A stretch of 64,000 nucleotides of DNA from an uncultured Nitrososphaeraceae archaeon (GCA_963779615.1 CAVZZA010000005.1:32001-96000), one strand, 5' to 3'; shown: positions 31,423-42,139, numbered from the stretch's first letter. The notes: generated from the sequence alone by a model not told the origin. Made by a program: numbers and translations.

Positions 31423-32779
31423 TAATTTAAAAGATAACCTGCGCTCCGCACTAAAAAAAATTGTTGGGGCTTCAGATGTGAATGAAGAACTAATTGATGA
31501 ACTTTGTAAAGATCTACAAAGAGCATTATTATCATCTGATGTGAATGTTAAATTAGTATTAGAAATAACTAAAAATCTTAAGGAAAGAGCTCTTAAAGAC
31601 ATCCCACCTAAAGGATTATCAAAAAAAGATCACATAATATCTATTCTCTATGGCGAATTATCAAGGCTATTGGGGTATGGTGGAGAGATGACTAAAAACA
31701 TCGATAGGATAAAAATAGATGAAAAAGTAATCAACTTTCATCCAGACAGACAAAACACTATATTGATGCTTGGTATTCAGGGAAGTGGAAAAACAACTGT
31801 CGTTGCAAAGCTTGCTCGATGGTTAACTAAACATGGATATAGAGTTGGAGTAATAGGAGCAGACACATGGAGACCAGGCGCCTTAACTCAATTAAAGATG
31901 AATTGCAATAAAATCAATTCATTAGTGTATGGAGAAGAAGAGAACAAAAATGCACTAGAGATAGTTAAAAACGGACTTGATTACTTTAAAGAACAAGCAA
32001 CAGACATAGTAATTATTGACACTGCAGGAAGGCACAAAGAAGAGCAAACTTTATTGGAAGAAATGAAATCGATGTACTCCATAGTAACCCCTGATCATGT
32101 TTTTTTAGTAATAGACGGTACAATTGGGCAGCAGGCATTCAATCAAGCAAAAATCTTCCATGAAAAAGCAAAAATTAGTGGAATCATCATTACAAAACTT
32201 GACGGGACAGCGAAAGGAGGCGGAGCACTCGCTTCCTCAGCAGCGACCGGTGCAAAGGTACTTTTTATAGGAACAGGAGAAAGGATTGATGATTTAGAAC
32301 AATTTTCACCTACCAGTTTTGTAGGGAGATTATTGGGTATGGGAGATATCAAAGCCCTTTTAGAAATGGCGAAAAGTTTAGAAATTCAATCTGACGAAAA
32401 TCAATCTAAAAGACTTTTAAGCGGAAAAATGACTATTGAAGACTTCTACGCTCAAATGGAAAATATGGGAAAAATGGGATTCAGAAATGTAATTGAAAAT
32501 CTTCCAGGGCTTTCCAATTTTGTCAAAGAAGATCATTTAGATGTCCTACAAGAGAAAATGGAAAAATGGAGATTCATAATACAGTCATTTACTAAAGAAG
32601 AGAAGAGAAATCCAGATACGATAAATGAGTCAAGAAGAAAGAGAATAGCAAGGGGGTCGGGGGTAATGGAACATGACGTTAAGGATCTCATAAAACAATA
32701 CAACAATTCTAAAACAATGATGAAACAAGCCAAAGGAAGACAAATGCATGGATTATTAAGGAGATTCGGTCTTGGTTAG
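31415..32779 (+). CDS. srp54: Signal recognition particle protein SRP54
   Basis: GIQGSGKTT, DTWRPGA, DTAGRH, TKLDGTAKGGG, RLLGMGD, SRRKRIARGSG. Confidence 0.97.
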   Translation: MLDNLKDNLRSALKKIVGASDVNEELIDELCKDLQRALLSSDVNVKLVLEITKNLKERALKDIPPKGLSKKDHIISILYGELSRLLGYGGEMTKNIDRIKIDEKVINFHPDRQNTILMLGIQGSGKTTVVAKLARWLTKHGYRVGVIGADTWRPGALTQLKMNCNKINSLVYGEEENKNALEIVKNGLDYFKEQATDIVIIDTAGRHKEEQTLLEEMKSMYSIVTPDHVFLVIDGTIGQQAFNQAKIFHEKAKISGIIITKLDGTAKGGGALASSAATGAKVLFIGTGERIDDLEQFSPTSFVGRLLGMGDIKALLEMAKSLEIQSDENQSKRLLSGKMTIEDFYAQMENMGKMGFRNVIENLPGLSNFVKEDHLDVLQEKMEKWRFIIQSFTKEEKRNPDTINESRRKRIARGSGVMEHDVKDLIKQYNNSKTMMKQAKGRQMHGLLRRFGLG

Positions 32780-33962
32780 GCATTATGATAAAAATAAACT
32801 ATTGTTTAGGAAAGGTAATTATTATAAATTAATTCATTATAATTTGTATATATGTAAATATTGTTTTGAAAGGAATTTCAAGTTTGTTAAAAACTACTTG
32901 GTAAAATATAAAACGTTGATCAAGATAATCACTTCAAAACAAAAAGAATGTAGTATTTGTAAAAATCTCTTTCAAAAGACAATCGTCCCTATTCATAATG
33001 AAATAATAAATTCGTGTTATTTTACAAGCAACAATCAAATCCAAAAAATCGATATAGGCACTAGTTTACCATTGCCATTATTTGAAAAAGAAGATAATTT
33101 AAGGTCTTTATTTAAAATTAAAGGGATTGCGAACATTAAAAATCATTACAATGAATTAATTAGAAAAGAAATTATAAAAAAAAGCGGGTATGCAATAGAC
33201 CACCTAAATCCAGATCTCAGAATTGAAATACACATAGATAAGGAATGTAATTATGAAATAAAATACAAAACCAAAGAACTTGTTCTGTTAGGTAAATATA
33301 ATAAATATGAAAGGGGATGGAGTCAAAGATTTCGAATGAACAGCATGGACAACAATAATATGAATAGCCAAGCAAAGGCACAAAATTTTGATTCGTATAA
33401 TATAATAGAAGACATAATTTTGAATTTTTTATCCACCCAAACTGGCTCCAAAGATATTCAAATTTCATGGTCAGGAAGCGAAGATAAAGACAGTCTTGTT
33501 TTAGGTAATGGAAGACCATTTATTGTTAAAATTACTAGTCCACGGTTTAGAAATATTCAAAAAATATTCGATCTAAAAGACCAATTAAAATTAAGCTTTC
33601 AAGAAATTAACGTTAAGGATACATATGGGTATTTTAAGTATAAAGTTCAAATAAAAATCTTAATTAGAATTTTGGAAGACAATTTAGAAAAAGTTAATCT
33701 AGATGAAACCATCCTCAAATTAAAAGGACAGGTAAAATTTAGGATAAAGAATAAAACTATTAAAAAAAATATTTATTCAATAAATTTTAAAATAATTGAT
33801 AATACGAATTTAGAAATGAATTTAGTCCTTGATAACGGCATTCCAATAAAACAATTAATTGGTGGAAGGGATTTCATAGAACCGTGTTTATCCAATTTAT
33901 TAAATAAAAAATGTGAATGTGTTTGTTTTGATATAAAAGAAGTCATTTTGAGTGACATTTAA
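32772..33962 (+). CDS. pus10: tRNA pseudouridine synthase Pus10-like
   Basis: N-terminal CxxC..CxxC, GKYNKYERG, GSEDKD..VLGNGRPF, GIPIKQLI. Confidence 0.75.
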   Translation: MVRHYDKNKLLFRKGNYYKLIHYNLYICKYCFERNFKFVKNYLVKYKTLIKIITSKQKECSICKNLFQKTIVPIHNEIINSCYFTSNNQIQKIDIGTSLPLPLFEKEDNLRSLFKIKGIANIKNHYNELIRKEIIKKSGYAIDHLNPDLRIEIHIDKECNYEIKYKTKELVLLGKYNKYERGWSQRFRMNSMDNNNMNSQAKAQNFDSYNIIEDIILNFLSTQTGSKDIQISWSGSEDKDSLVLGNGRPFIVKITSPRFRNIQKIFDLKDQLKLSFQEINVKDTYGYFKYKVQIKILIRILEDNLEKVNLDETILKLKGQVKFRIKNKTIKKNIYSINFKIIDNTNLEMNLVLDNGIPIKQLIGGRDFIEPCLSNLLNKKCECVCFDIKEVILSDI

Positions 33963-33976
33963 ACTGGCGGATAGAT

Positions 33977-34663
33977 ATGAAAAAAATAGATCCTCTATTT
34001 AAAGTAAAGTCAGCCTATGATAAAAAAATAATTGATGACAATATATTCAATTTGATATTAAAAAGAAAAACCCTAATAGAAGACGGTATTCACCGAATAC
34101 AAAGACTAACTGAAATAGAATACCCACAGTATTTTATTGAACCAAGTTTATTAATAGCAACATCGCCATTAGAATATGAACAATTTTCAATAATATACGC
34201 AAGAACTATACCAATTTGTAATAAAGAAAACGAAATGGAAGTCTTTATTCAGTTATTTACACCTTTAGTTATTTATGGGTTAAGGGGTACAATTCATTCA
34301 GTAATAGCTCATGAATTTTTACACTACCTTGATATACTAAACAAAATAATAAATTTAGAAATTACTTCAAACATTCCAAATGACACACTATTCGAGAATA
34401 TATTCACCGATAACGAAAAATTATTTGATCATTTTAGAGTTTTCAAAAAAGACAAATATTTAACAAAAATGATTACTAAAAAATTTGAAAATGGCTTTTT
34501 AGATGAAAAATTGAATAACAAATCTATAAAATTATGGATACAGAAAAAACTGCCGATTGAGAAAATGCCGATTGAGAGTAACTACATAAAATTGCCATTT
34601 TTATCTCTGGCTAATACTGAAATTGATGAGGCCATTAAAAAAAAAATATCCAGCCTTTTATAA
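33977..34663 (+). CDS. Hypothetical protein with HEXXH zincin motif
   Basis: SVIAHEFLHY. Confidence 0.65.
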   Translation: MKKIDPLFKVKSAYDKKIIDDNIFNLILKRKTLIEDGIHRIQRLTEIEYPQYFIEPSLLIATSPLEYEQFSIIYARTIPICNKENEMEVFIQLFTPLVIYGLRGTIHSVIAHEFLHYLDILNKIINLEITSNIPNDTLFENIFTDNEKLFDHFRVFKKDKYLTKMITKKFENGFLDEKLNNKSIKLWIQKKLPIEKMPIESNYIKLPFLSLANTEIDEAIKKKISSLL

Positions 34664-34681
34664 GATTGCCTGTAAAAAAAC

Positions 34682-35352
34682 GGCTCTGTTAACTTAAGAG
34701 ATTATTCCGCTATTGTGGTAATAAGCAAACAGGTTCAACCACTGTTTTACATGCTTTAGTTTGCATTTCTTTTTTCGGCATGGAAAGTAGTCATCAAATC
34801 CTTCTGTCCTGTCCTTGATGTACTGCATCGCCCTTTCTATCAAGCTTTTCTCAAAAGGGGAATGCAAATGATGTTTCAGTTTCAGGAACCTGCATGCTTG
34901 CGGATACCAAGTGCCCCCATCGGTGGAAACCGGATGCTTTCCATACCTATCTACCAGAGACGCAATAAATCTCTCGGCAACTAGCATTGCTCTTTCAACT
35001 GACACATCAATCTGAAGAATTTCCCTGTGTTTTGGCTCAATTGCAACCCAAAGCCATATGCATTGGGAGCCAACCTTAATCTGGGTTTCATCAACAATGT
35101 ATCCATTAATCTTTTTTCTCCTGGTTGATAGTATCTTTGGCTTGTATTTCTGGATCCATTTCCAGACTGATACATGGCTCCTTTTCCCAAATCTTTTCAA
35201 CGCCTTTGCGGTGCTTCTACAAGAGAGACCCGGGAAGTAAAGATATAGGGAATAGGCAACATCTTTCGGTTTGGTTCTCTGCCTTCTGTATGTCAATATT
35301 GTTTGTTTATGGCATAATCGCGACTATATCTTTTTCTTAAGTTAACAGAGCC
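34682..35352 (-). mobile_element. Intact IS6-family insertion sequence (671 bp)
   Basis: Perfect 18-bp TIRs ggctctgttaacttaaga (34682-34699, 35335-35352); 8-bp TSD AAAAAAAC (34674-34681, 35353-35360). Confidence 0.93.
34694..35296 (-). CDS. IS6-family DDE transposase
   Basis: VWKWIQKY, VDETQIKVG, WLWVAI, STDGG, IER...KDR; stop codon lies inside the TIR. Confidence 0.92.
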   Translation of the reverse strand: MTYRRQRTKPKDVAYSLYLYFPGLSCRSTAKALKRFGKRSHVSVWKWIQKYKPKILSTRRKKINGYIVDETQIKVGSQCIWLWVAIEPKHREILQIDVSVERAMLVAERFIASLVDRYGKHPVSTDGGTWYPQACRFLKLKHHLHSPFEKSLIERAMQYIKDRTEGFDDYFPCRKKKCKLKHVKQWLNLFAYYHNSGIIS

Positions 35353-35385
35353 AAAAAAACACCCGGAATACATTTATTGGATTTT

Positions 35386-35568
35386 TTATTGTGTTCTTTT
35401 TTTAAACTCTGTATACCCACATTTACCACAAGTAAACCGATCTTTATGATCGGCCATGAAAATTCCTTTTCCACACCTCGGGCACTCTCTTTTTGACCTC
35501 TTGACAGAGGCATTATCTACCGAATAAAATTTATAGACACTAACCTGGCCCTTTGAATCTTTTGCCAT
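35386..35568 (-). CDS. rps27ae: 30S ribosomal protein S27ae
   Basis: CPRCG.GIFMADH.DR.TCGKCGYTE. Confidence 0.95.
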   Translation of the reverse strand: MAKDSKGQVSVYKFYSVDNASVKRSKRECPRCGKGIFMADHKDRFTCGKCGYTEFKKRTQ

Positions 35569-35603
35569 TGTATATATTCTACTCCCCTATTTTCCTATTT
35601 TAT

Positions 35604-35978
35604 TTATTTCTTTTTTGATTTTGCTTCTGCAATAGCAGCTTGTTTAGCTTTTAACTTTATAGCCTTTTCTTCATCAATTATTTTTTTTCTTTCATCTTTT
35701 AACAAAGCCCTTAGGAATAAATAGCGAGGAATTTGTTTCTTTGCTTCCTCCATATTATCATAATAATACATCAATGTTAGAATGTCAGGATTTCCAAACT
35801 CGCTTTTAATCGTTACAGGTAAAATGTTATTCTTATTTAACTTTAATTTATTCGCAATTAATTCAACTGCATCTTGTCTTTTGACCGACCCTAAGGCATT
35901 TTTAATTACAGATTTAATTTCTCGTCTTTTTAATAGTACGTTATTATTATCTTCTAACAATACAACTTCTAAACTCAA
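35604..35978 (-). CDS. rps24e: 30S ribosomal protein S24e
   Basis: NVLLKRREI, SEFG; directly upstream of S27ae. Confidence 0.85.
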   Translation of the reverse strand: MSLEVVLLEDNNNVLLKRREIKSVIKNALGSVKRQDAVELIANKLKLNKNNILPVTIKSEFGNPDILTLMYYYDNMEEAKKQIPRYLFLRALLKDERKKIIDEEKAIKLKAKQAAIAEAKSKKK

Positions 35979-36056
35979 ACTAATATATTGCCTAAAACAT
36001 ACAATATATATATTTCTAAAATTGATTTTTATGTAATAAATTATTATTGAAACTAT

Positions 36057-36749
36057 TTGAAAACGATCAAACTATTTGCAATAGATATCGATGGAACAAT
36101 AACCATTAATGGAGATGGAGCAGTAAATTTAGAGGTTTTATCTAAATTGAGATATCTTATAAAATTGGGTTATAAAATTGTGTACGTCACAGGAAGGTCG
36201 TCTATAGAGGCATTTATTTTATCAGTATTTGGAGGAACAACAAGGATTTCAATTGGTGAAAATGGCGGAGTCATTACCAAATCACCCACTACACATATAC
36301 TTTTAGCTGATAAAGAAAAATGTATGAAAGGGTATAGCCTTCTTGCCAAAGAGTTTGGCGACATAGAGAATAAACAAGTTTTTCCTAGAATGACCGAAGT
36401 GGTTCTAACAAGAACATTTGATATAGACAAAGGAAATAAAATACTCAATGAAAATAACATAGGCTTAGTAATAGTGGATAGCAATTATGCCTTTCACATT
36501 AATGAATTAAAAATAAATAAAGCATTTGGCCTTAAATTTCTATTAAACACAATAAAAATTGATTCATCTGAAGTTGTTGTTATCGGAGATAGCGAAACAG
36601 ATATACCAATGTTTGATATGTGCGAAAATAGTGTTACATTTGAAAGCTCCAAAGATAAAGTAAAAAATGCGGCAAAATTTGTTGTAAAGGGTGAAGAAGG
36701 AGAAGGATTAATAAATGCACTTGACTTGATTATTAGAAAAAATCAGTAG
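36057..36749 (+). CDS. Phosphoglycolate phosphatase-type HAD hydrolase
   Basis: DIDGTIT, VTGR, ENGG, NKAFG, GDSETD. Confidence 0.85.
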   Translation: MKTIKLFAIDIDGTITINGDGAVNLEVLSKLRYLIKLGYKIVYVTGRSSIEAFILSVFGGTTRISIGENGGVITKSPTTHILLADKEKCMKGYSLLAKEFGDIENKQVFPRMTEVVLTRTFDIDKGNKILNENNIGLVIVDSNYAFHINELKINKAFGLKFLLNTIKIDSSEVVVIGDSETDIPMFDMCENSVTFESSKDKVKNAAKFVVKGEEGEGLINALDLIIRKNQ

Positions 36750-36758
36750 GCTAAAAAA

Positions 36759-38711
36759 ATGTTATTTGAAAACATTAAAGATGAAATCAGATATCAAATG
36801 AGAGAAGTACTAACTCATTATAATTTAAATGAAAATAATAGTATTGACTTTGAAATATCTGAACCTCCTCTCAAAGAATATGGAGATTTTTCATGCAACA
36901 TAGCATTCTCACTATCAAAAATTTTAAAAAAAAGTCCTCTTGAAATAGCTAAAGACATAGTAAATAACATCTTGCCGATTTTTCACGATAAAAACAAAAA
37001 CAAGTCTCTTATTGAATTGGTTTCAGTTGAAAAACCAGGATTCATTAACTTCAAAATAGATTTAAGAAAGTTTTCAAGCAAATTTTTTTCAGATATGCCG
37101 TTAATAACCGATGTACCCAAATGTGGCACCAATGACGAGTTAATTTTAATTGAACATACAAGTGTAAACCCAAATAAGGGCTTACATGTCGGTCATTTAA
37201 GGAATTCAATAATAGGTGATTGTTTATACAGATTATTATTAGCAACAAATCATAATGTCAAGGTTTTAAATTATGTTGATGATTCAGGTCTCCAGGTTGC
37301 AGATATTATTGTTGCATTCAAATATGCAGGATTTCCAGTAGAAGAAGAAAATAATAACATAGTTGAAAAAAAATTTGACAATTATTGTGGAAATCATGTT
37401 TATGTCAAAATCAATGAATTATATCCTACTAGACCCGATTTAGAAGGAAAAAGGAAAATAATATTAAAAGATCTTGAAAACCCAAATTCCGAAATAACAG
37501 GTTTTACTCAACAAATAGTAAAAAGAATATTAATCGGTCAGCTTCAAACTTGTTGGAATTTAAAATGTCATTATGACATTTTAAATTTTGAATCACAAAT
37601 AATTCAATCCAGTCTGTGGGACACTATTTTTAGAATGCTAAAGGAAAAACAAATCATCCAATATGAAACTAGGGGTAAAAATATTGGATGTTGGATTTAT
37701 AGGTCAGAAAAAGAGGGAGATAAAGTTTTAGTACCAAGTGACTCGACAATCACATATTTTGCAAAAGATATTCCGTATGCGTTGTGGAAACTGGGATATG
37801 TAGAAAACCCTTTTGAATATGAAATATTTTCTCAGCAATGGGACGAAATTAATTTATATCAAACTAAGGTGAAAAAAAGAAAAAAAGAAATAAATTATGA
37901 TTATCATTTGATTGATTTTGAGAAAATAACCAAAGTTATCACCATAATTGATTTCAGACAAGAAAGATTACAATCACTGCTTTTGGAAATTTTAGATGAT
38001 TTAGGCGTTGAAAAAACAAAATATAATTATCTTGGATATGAACCTGTTACATTAAGCCAGAACACAGCAGAATTGCTGGGATTGCATTTAGAAAATAAAA
38101 AATCTACCCAAATTTCGGGAAGAAAGGGGATTTTTATTGATGCAGACTCTGCTTTAAATTTGCTAATAAAGAAATCCTTTGATGAAATTAAAAAAAGAAA
38201 ATTGGAAATCCCTGAAAGTGAAGCAAGCTACATTGCTAAAGAAATTGCCATCTCAGCAATTAGGTATTATTTTGTTAAACAAGACATAGGAAAAATGATT
38301 ACATTTGACATACATGACTCATTGAATTTAGAGGGAGATACCGGCCCGTATATTCAGTATTCATATGCACGTGGGAAAAGAATCTATTTTAAAATAAATA
38401 ATAAAAATAGTTATTTAAATGATAATGATGTTAATAGTGTATTTCTTAATGAAAATGAAATTGAACTTATTAAACATTTATGTAAATTTTCATCTTCAAT
38501 AAAAGACTCTGTGAACAACAAAGAACCCAAAATTGTTGCAAGATATCTTTTTACATTGTCAACGCTTTTCAATAACTTTTATGAAAAATCCCCCATTTTG
38601 AAGGAAACTGAAGATAAAAAAAAGAGCAGAATTAAAATATTGCACTCTACTCTTTTGATTATGAAACATTGTATGGGAATAATTGGTATAACCCCATTAG
38701 AAAAAATGTAA
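36759..38711 (+). CDS. argS: Arginine--tRNA ligase
   Basis: YGDFS, PGFINF, EHTSVNPNKGLHVGHLRN, SGRKG, GDTGPYIQYSYAR, C-terminal EKM. Confidence 0.95.
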   Translation: MLFENIKDEIRYQMREVLTHYNLNENNSIDFEISEPPLKEYGDFSCNIAFSLSKILKKSPLEIAKDIVNNILPIFHDKNKNKSLIELVSVEKPGFINFKIDLRKFSSKFFSDMPLITDVPKCGTNDELILIEHTSVNPNKGLHVGHLRNSIIGDCLYRLLLATNHNVKVLNYVDDSGLQVADIIVAFKYAGFPVEEENNNIVEKKFDNYCGNHVYVKINELYPTRPDLEGKRKIILKDLENPNSEITGFTQQIVKRILIGQLQTCWNLKCHYDILNFESQIIQSSLWDTIFRMLKEKQIIQYETRGKNIGCWIYRSEKEGDKVLVPSDSTITYFAKDIPYALWKLGYVENPFEYEIFSQQWDEINLYQTKVKKRKKEINYDYHLIDFEKITKVITIIDFRQERLQSLLLEILDDLGVEKTKYNYLGYEPVTLSQNTAELLGLHLENKKSTQISGRKGIFIDADSALNLLIKKSFDEIKKRKLEIPESEASYIAKEIAISAIRYYFVKQDIGKMITFDIHDSLNLEGDTGPYIQYSYARGKRIYFKINNKNSYLNDNDVNSVFLNENEIELIKHLCKFSSSIKDSVNNKEPKIVARYLFTLSTLFNNFYEKSPILKETEDKKKSRIKILHSTLLIMKHCMGIIGITPLEKM

Positions 38712-38769
38712 CCTAAAATTTCAATCAAAGTAAAAAGATTAATAACCCTTAGAAAGAACTCAACATAAT

Positions 38770-39399
38770 TTGATTGATCTCACTAATATTTTTAATAATT
38801 TATCATTACAAATTCCCGGCCTAACTCCGCACTACACACAGCATCCTCTCTTTCCCGACATGGTTACCTCTGCAATTGTGGCAGCGATAATAGCTATTGG
38901 ACTAAATTACGGTATGGCATTGTTAAGAAAAAGAACTACAAACATAGAGAAAATGAAAACAGTAATGAAAGAAACAGGGGAATGGAGAAAAAAGTATACA
39001 GAAGCTATAAAAAAGAGAGATAAAACCCTTATTGAGGAATTAAAGAAAAAGCAATCTCAAATGAATAAAATGAGTTTAGAACTTCAGCAACAACAAATGA
39101 GGCCGATGATGTTATACATGATACCTTCCTTCATGCTATGGATTTTTGTTTTTCCATCCATTTTTGGACAAGTTGTTGCTTTATCTCCAATCACCATTCC
39201 CTATCTAACTTGTTCTGAAGACAATGTACATAACGACAATCCAGCTCAACTTGTAAATAATACACACTCTTCAGAAATTAAAAAAGGGGCATGTAAAATT
39301 CCTGGCGAGGTATTTTTATGGGGATGGTTTTTACTTGTAAACTTTGCTTTTAGTGGCATAATTGCAAAAGTTACCAATACAAGTATACCCACCTTTTAA
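38770..39399 (+). CDS. EMC3/TMCO1 (DUF106, Oxa1 superfamily) membrane protein
   Basis: TM, then Met-rich coiled coil, MRPM, further TM segments and a WFLL C-terminal TM. Confidence 0.8.
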   Translation: MIDLTNIFNNLSLQIPGLTPHYTQHPLFPDMVTSAIVAAIIAIGLNYGMALLRKRTTNIEKMKTVMKETGEWRKKYTEAIKKRDKTLIEELKKKQSQMNKMSLELQQQQMRPMMLYMIPSFMLWIFVFPSIFGQVVALSPITIPYLTCSEDNVHNDNPAQLVNNTHSSEIKKGACKIPGEVFLWGWFLLVNFAFSGIIAKVTNTSIPTF

Positions 39400-39494
39400 A
39401 CTTTTTATAAATTAAAGAAATTGTATTTAAGGAATTAGCACTACTATTTTAAAAAAATAAATCTATTTATCTTTGATAAGAGTAGTTCATTCAA

Positions 39495-40595
39495 ATGGAG
39501 AAGATCTTTGGGAGGAAATTGTTTTCGGATAAGGGTATAGATTCTTCCCAATCAGGGAGACATAGGATAACTGAAGATGACATAAAGAAAGTTAATCTTT
39601 ACAATAAAGGGGTAAGTAAAATGTCGGAAGAAAAATTTGAAGAGGCCATCAGGACCTTTGACCTAGCTTTAAGAATTGATCCCTATTTTGTAGATGCAAT
39701 AATAAAAAAAGGATATTCACATTTCCATTTAAAAGAATATAACCTTGCAATAACATTTTTTGATCAAGCTTTAGAGATTAACATCAATGATCCAGAAGTT
39801 TGGAATTTAAAAGGATTGGTATTTTATGAATCCAAAAATTATGAAAGAGCTTTGAATTGTTGTGAGAAAGCGATAGATTTGAATCCGAATATAGCAATGG
39901 CGTGGTATAATTATGCTTGTTATTTAACTTTGAGTGGTAAAATTTCTGAAGGGATGGAGGCTTTAAAAAAATCTATAGAATTAGACATATCTAATGCAAA
40001 AAAGGCTGTCAAAGATAAAGACTTTATCAATGCCCATATGGAGGAAGATTATAAAAGAATAATCGAAGTTGTTATACTAGAATCCATTAGGCAAGGAAAT
40101 GATCACCTTGGAAAGATACTATGGGTGACGGGTTTGCACAGAGAAGAAATCCAAGATGCTACAACGAGATTAGCAAACAAGGGTTTATTATTTAAAAACG
40201 TTAGGAAAAGCTTTACTGGAAGCGATGAACAGTATGAATTAACGCAAGAGCTTGTTGCCAAAGTAGGAATTGAGAAAAGATCATCTTCAAAATCAATTAC
40301 AGGAAAAAAAGAAATATTTGTATCCACTCAACAATTGAAAGACATAAGCAAAATTTTAAATGATGCGTCAGAATATTCAGAGAGAAATGAACTAAATTCA
40401 TTGATAAACAGCATTGATAAGTTATTGAATCCTATAATGCATGGAACAGTAATTTTGGACAATTTTTTTGAAGAACATAGAGAGTTAAGATTATTTAACA
40501 GCAGACTGAAAGAAAAAGGTCAAGAATATCTCAATTTACATAAAGAAGAAATTTCAAAATTTATGTTTGAATTAGATAAAAAGATAAAAGAATAA
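39495..40595 (+). CDS. TPR-repeat protein with probable winged-helix domain
   Basis: About four TPR repeats (..AL.IDP, VWNLKG, AWYNYA) followed by ILESIRQG...EEIQDATTRLANKGLL...YELT. Confidence 0.75.
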   Translation: MEKIFGRKLFSDKGIDSSQSGRHRITEDDIKKVNLYNKGVSKMSEEKFEEAIRTFDLALRIDPYFVDAIIKKGYSHFHLKEYNLAITFFDQALEININDPEVWNLKGLVFYESKNYERALNCCEKAIDLNPNIAMAWYNYACYLTLSGKISEGMEALKKSIELDISNAKKAVKDKDFINAHMEEDYKRIIEVVILESIRQGNDHLGKILWVTGLHREEIQDATTRLANKGLLFKNVRKSFTGSDEQYELTQELVAKVGIEKRSSSKSITGKKEIFVSTQQLKDISKILNDASEYSERNELNSLINSIDKLLNPIMHGTVILDNFFEEHRELRLFNSRLKEKGQEYLNLHKEEISKFMFELDKKIKE

Positions 40596-40606
40596 CAATG
40601 CAAAAT

Positions 40607-41224
40607 TCATTTTATAACAACTTTGTTACCTTCAATCTCCAATTTTTTATTAATGAAAAGATTGATGGCTTGTTTATACAGTTTATGCTCCTCAACTAAA
40701 ATACGCTCAGATAAAATGGTTTCATTATCACCATCATACACAGGTACACATTTTTGCAAAATAATCGGTCCGGTATCAACAATAGGATCAACAAAATGTA
40801 CAGTACATCCTGAAATTTTTACACCGGCATCCAGGGCTTGTTTTTGTGCGCGTAATCCTTTGAAGGACGGAAGTAATGAGGGGTGGATATTCAAAATTGA
40901 ATGCTTATATTTATTAACAACAAACGGTCCTAGTATTCGCATAAATCCAGCTAAACAAATCAAACCATTTGAAGGATATATGTTGTGTAATTTTAAAATA
41001 TTAAAAAGTTCATCATCAAATTCATCATTTGTTAAATTCTTATTTGAAATTAATTCAGTATTTACATTATATTGATTTTTTGCAATTTGTAATCCGAGAG
41101 ATTCTTTCTTATTTGAAATTACCACTATTTTGTCTACATTCACAATCTCCTGTTGTTCGATAGCGTTTAGTATAGCATTCATGTTACTCCCTCTACCTGA
41201 AATCAATATAGCTAAATTTACCAA
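40607..41224 (-). CDS. purN: Phosphoribosylglycinamide formyltransferase
   Basis: ISGRGSNM, LAGFMRIL, NIHPSLLP, GCTVHFVD, DTGPII. Confidence 0.95.
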   Translation of the reverse strand: MVNLAILISGRGSNMNAILNAIEQQEIVNVDKIVVISNKKESLGLQIAKNQYNVNTELISNKNLTNDEFDDELFNILKLHNIYPSNGLICLAGFMRILGPFVVNKYKHSILNIHPSLLPSFKGLRAQKQALDAGVKISGCTVHFVDPIVDTGPIILQKCVPVYDGDNETILSERILVEEHKLYKQAINLFINKKLEIEGNKVVIK

Positions 41225-41272
41225 TAAATATAAAACACCCCTTTCAAAATTAATAGTTTCTCAGGGTACAAA

Positions 41273-42088
41273 TCAAAAGAAAAATAACAGCAAATCAGAA
41301 TTAAATAAACCGTCGTAAAGCAGTTTCATAGATACTAAAATCAATATTAACGAAAATAGTTTTTGTAATATATTTGAATTAACTTTTAGAGATATTTTAG
41401 AACCAATTGTACCACCTATCAATGAGCCAACTGAAAGAATAAAGCCCATATAATAGTCAGGGTGCCCATAATAAATATAAAGTAAGAGGCCTGAAAGAGA
41501 TGTGAAAAGCAATGCAAATTGTGAAGTTGCAGCAGCACGATTCATACTAAAACCAAAAAGTATTATTAAAGAAGGAACAAAAATAATTCCACCACCTATT
41601 CCAAAACTGCTAGATAGCATTCCTGCAAAAAATGAAGATACAACAAGAAGGACTGTTTTCAAGAAAGGAAAATGAGAAGGTTTATTAACAATATCACATT
41701 GGGAATAGATATTTTTGTTATTGTTTAATCTTGACTTTAATGCTAAATATATCGATGTGCATATTAAAATCAAAGCAAAATAAAACTTAAATTCAGATAG
41801 CGAAAAAAAGTTCGTGATTATAACGCCTAAATAGGTCCCTGGGATAGAAGAGATTGAAAGAACAAATCCCACCTTGTAGGCGATTGATTTTTTCCTGTAA
41901 TAAAAAAAAGATGAAGATAAACTAGTTGATAGAACAGACATCAAACTAGTAGAAGAGATTTGTGAAGGTAAGTAATTAAAAAAAGACAAATAAGGCGAGA
42001 TTATGATTCCCCCTCCTATTCCAACCATAGAACCTATCACTCCAGCAATCAGAGAAATAAATAGGCCAATTATAATTTCAATGACCAC
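41273..42088 (-). CDS. TauE/SafE-family (sulfite exporter) membrane protein
   Basis: Duplicated GIGGG motifs, multi-TM, AATS. Confidence 0.88.
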   Translation of the reverse strand: MVIEIIIGLFISLIAGVIGSMVGIGGGIIISPYLSFFNYLPSQISSTSLMSVLSTSLSSSFFYYRKKSIAYKVGFVLSISSIPGTYLGVIITNFFSLSEFKFYFALILICTSIYLALKSRLNNNKNIYSQCDIVNKPSHFPFLKTVLLVVSSFFAGMLSSSFGIGGGIIFVPSLIILFGFSMNRAAATSQFALLFTSLSGLLLYIYYGHPDYYMGFILSVGSLIGGTIGSKISLKVNSNILQKLFSLILILVSMKLLYDGLFNSDLLLFFF

Positions 42089-42139
42089 TGATAATCAAGT
42101 TTCTTTGTTCCAGACCATATAAAAATATAAATGCATATT

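Noticed and set aside
40623-41075. Long antisense ORFs (also 17445-17822, 55643-56113, 18183-18503 and others)
   Set aside because: Shadow frames of well-supported opposite-strand genes, with no motifs
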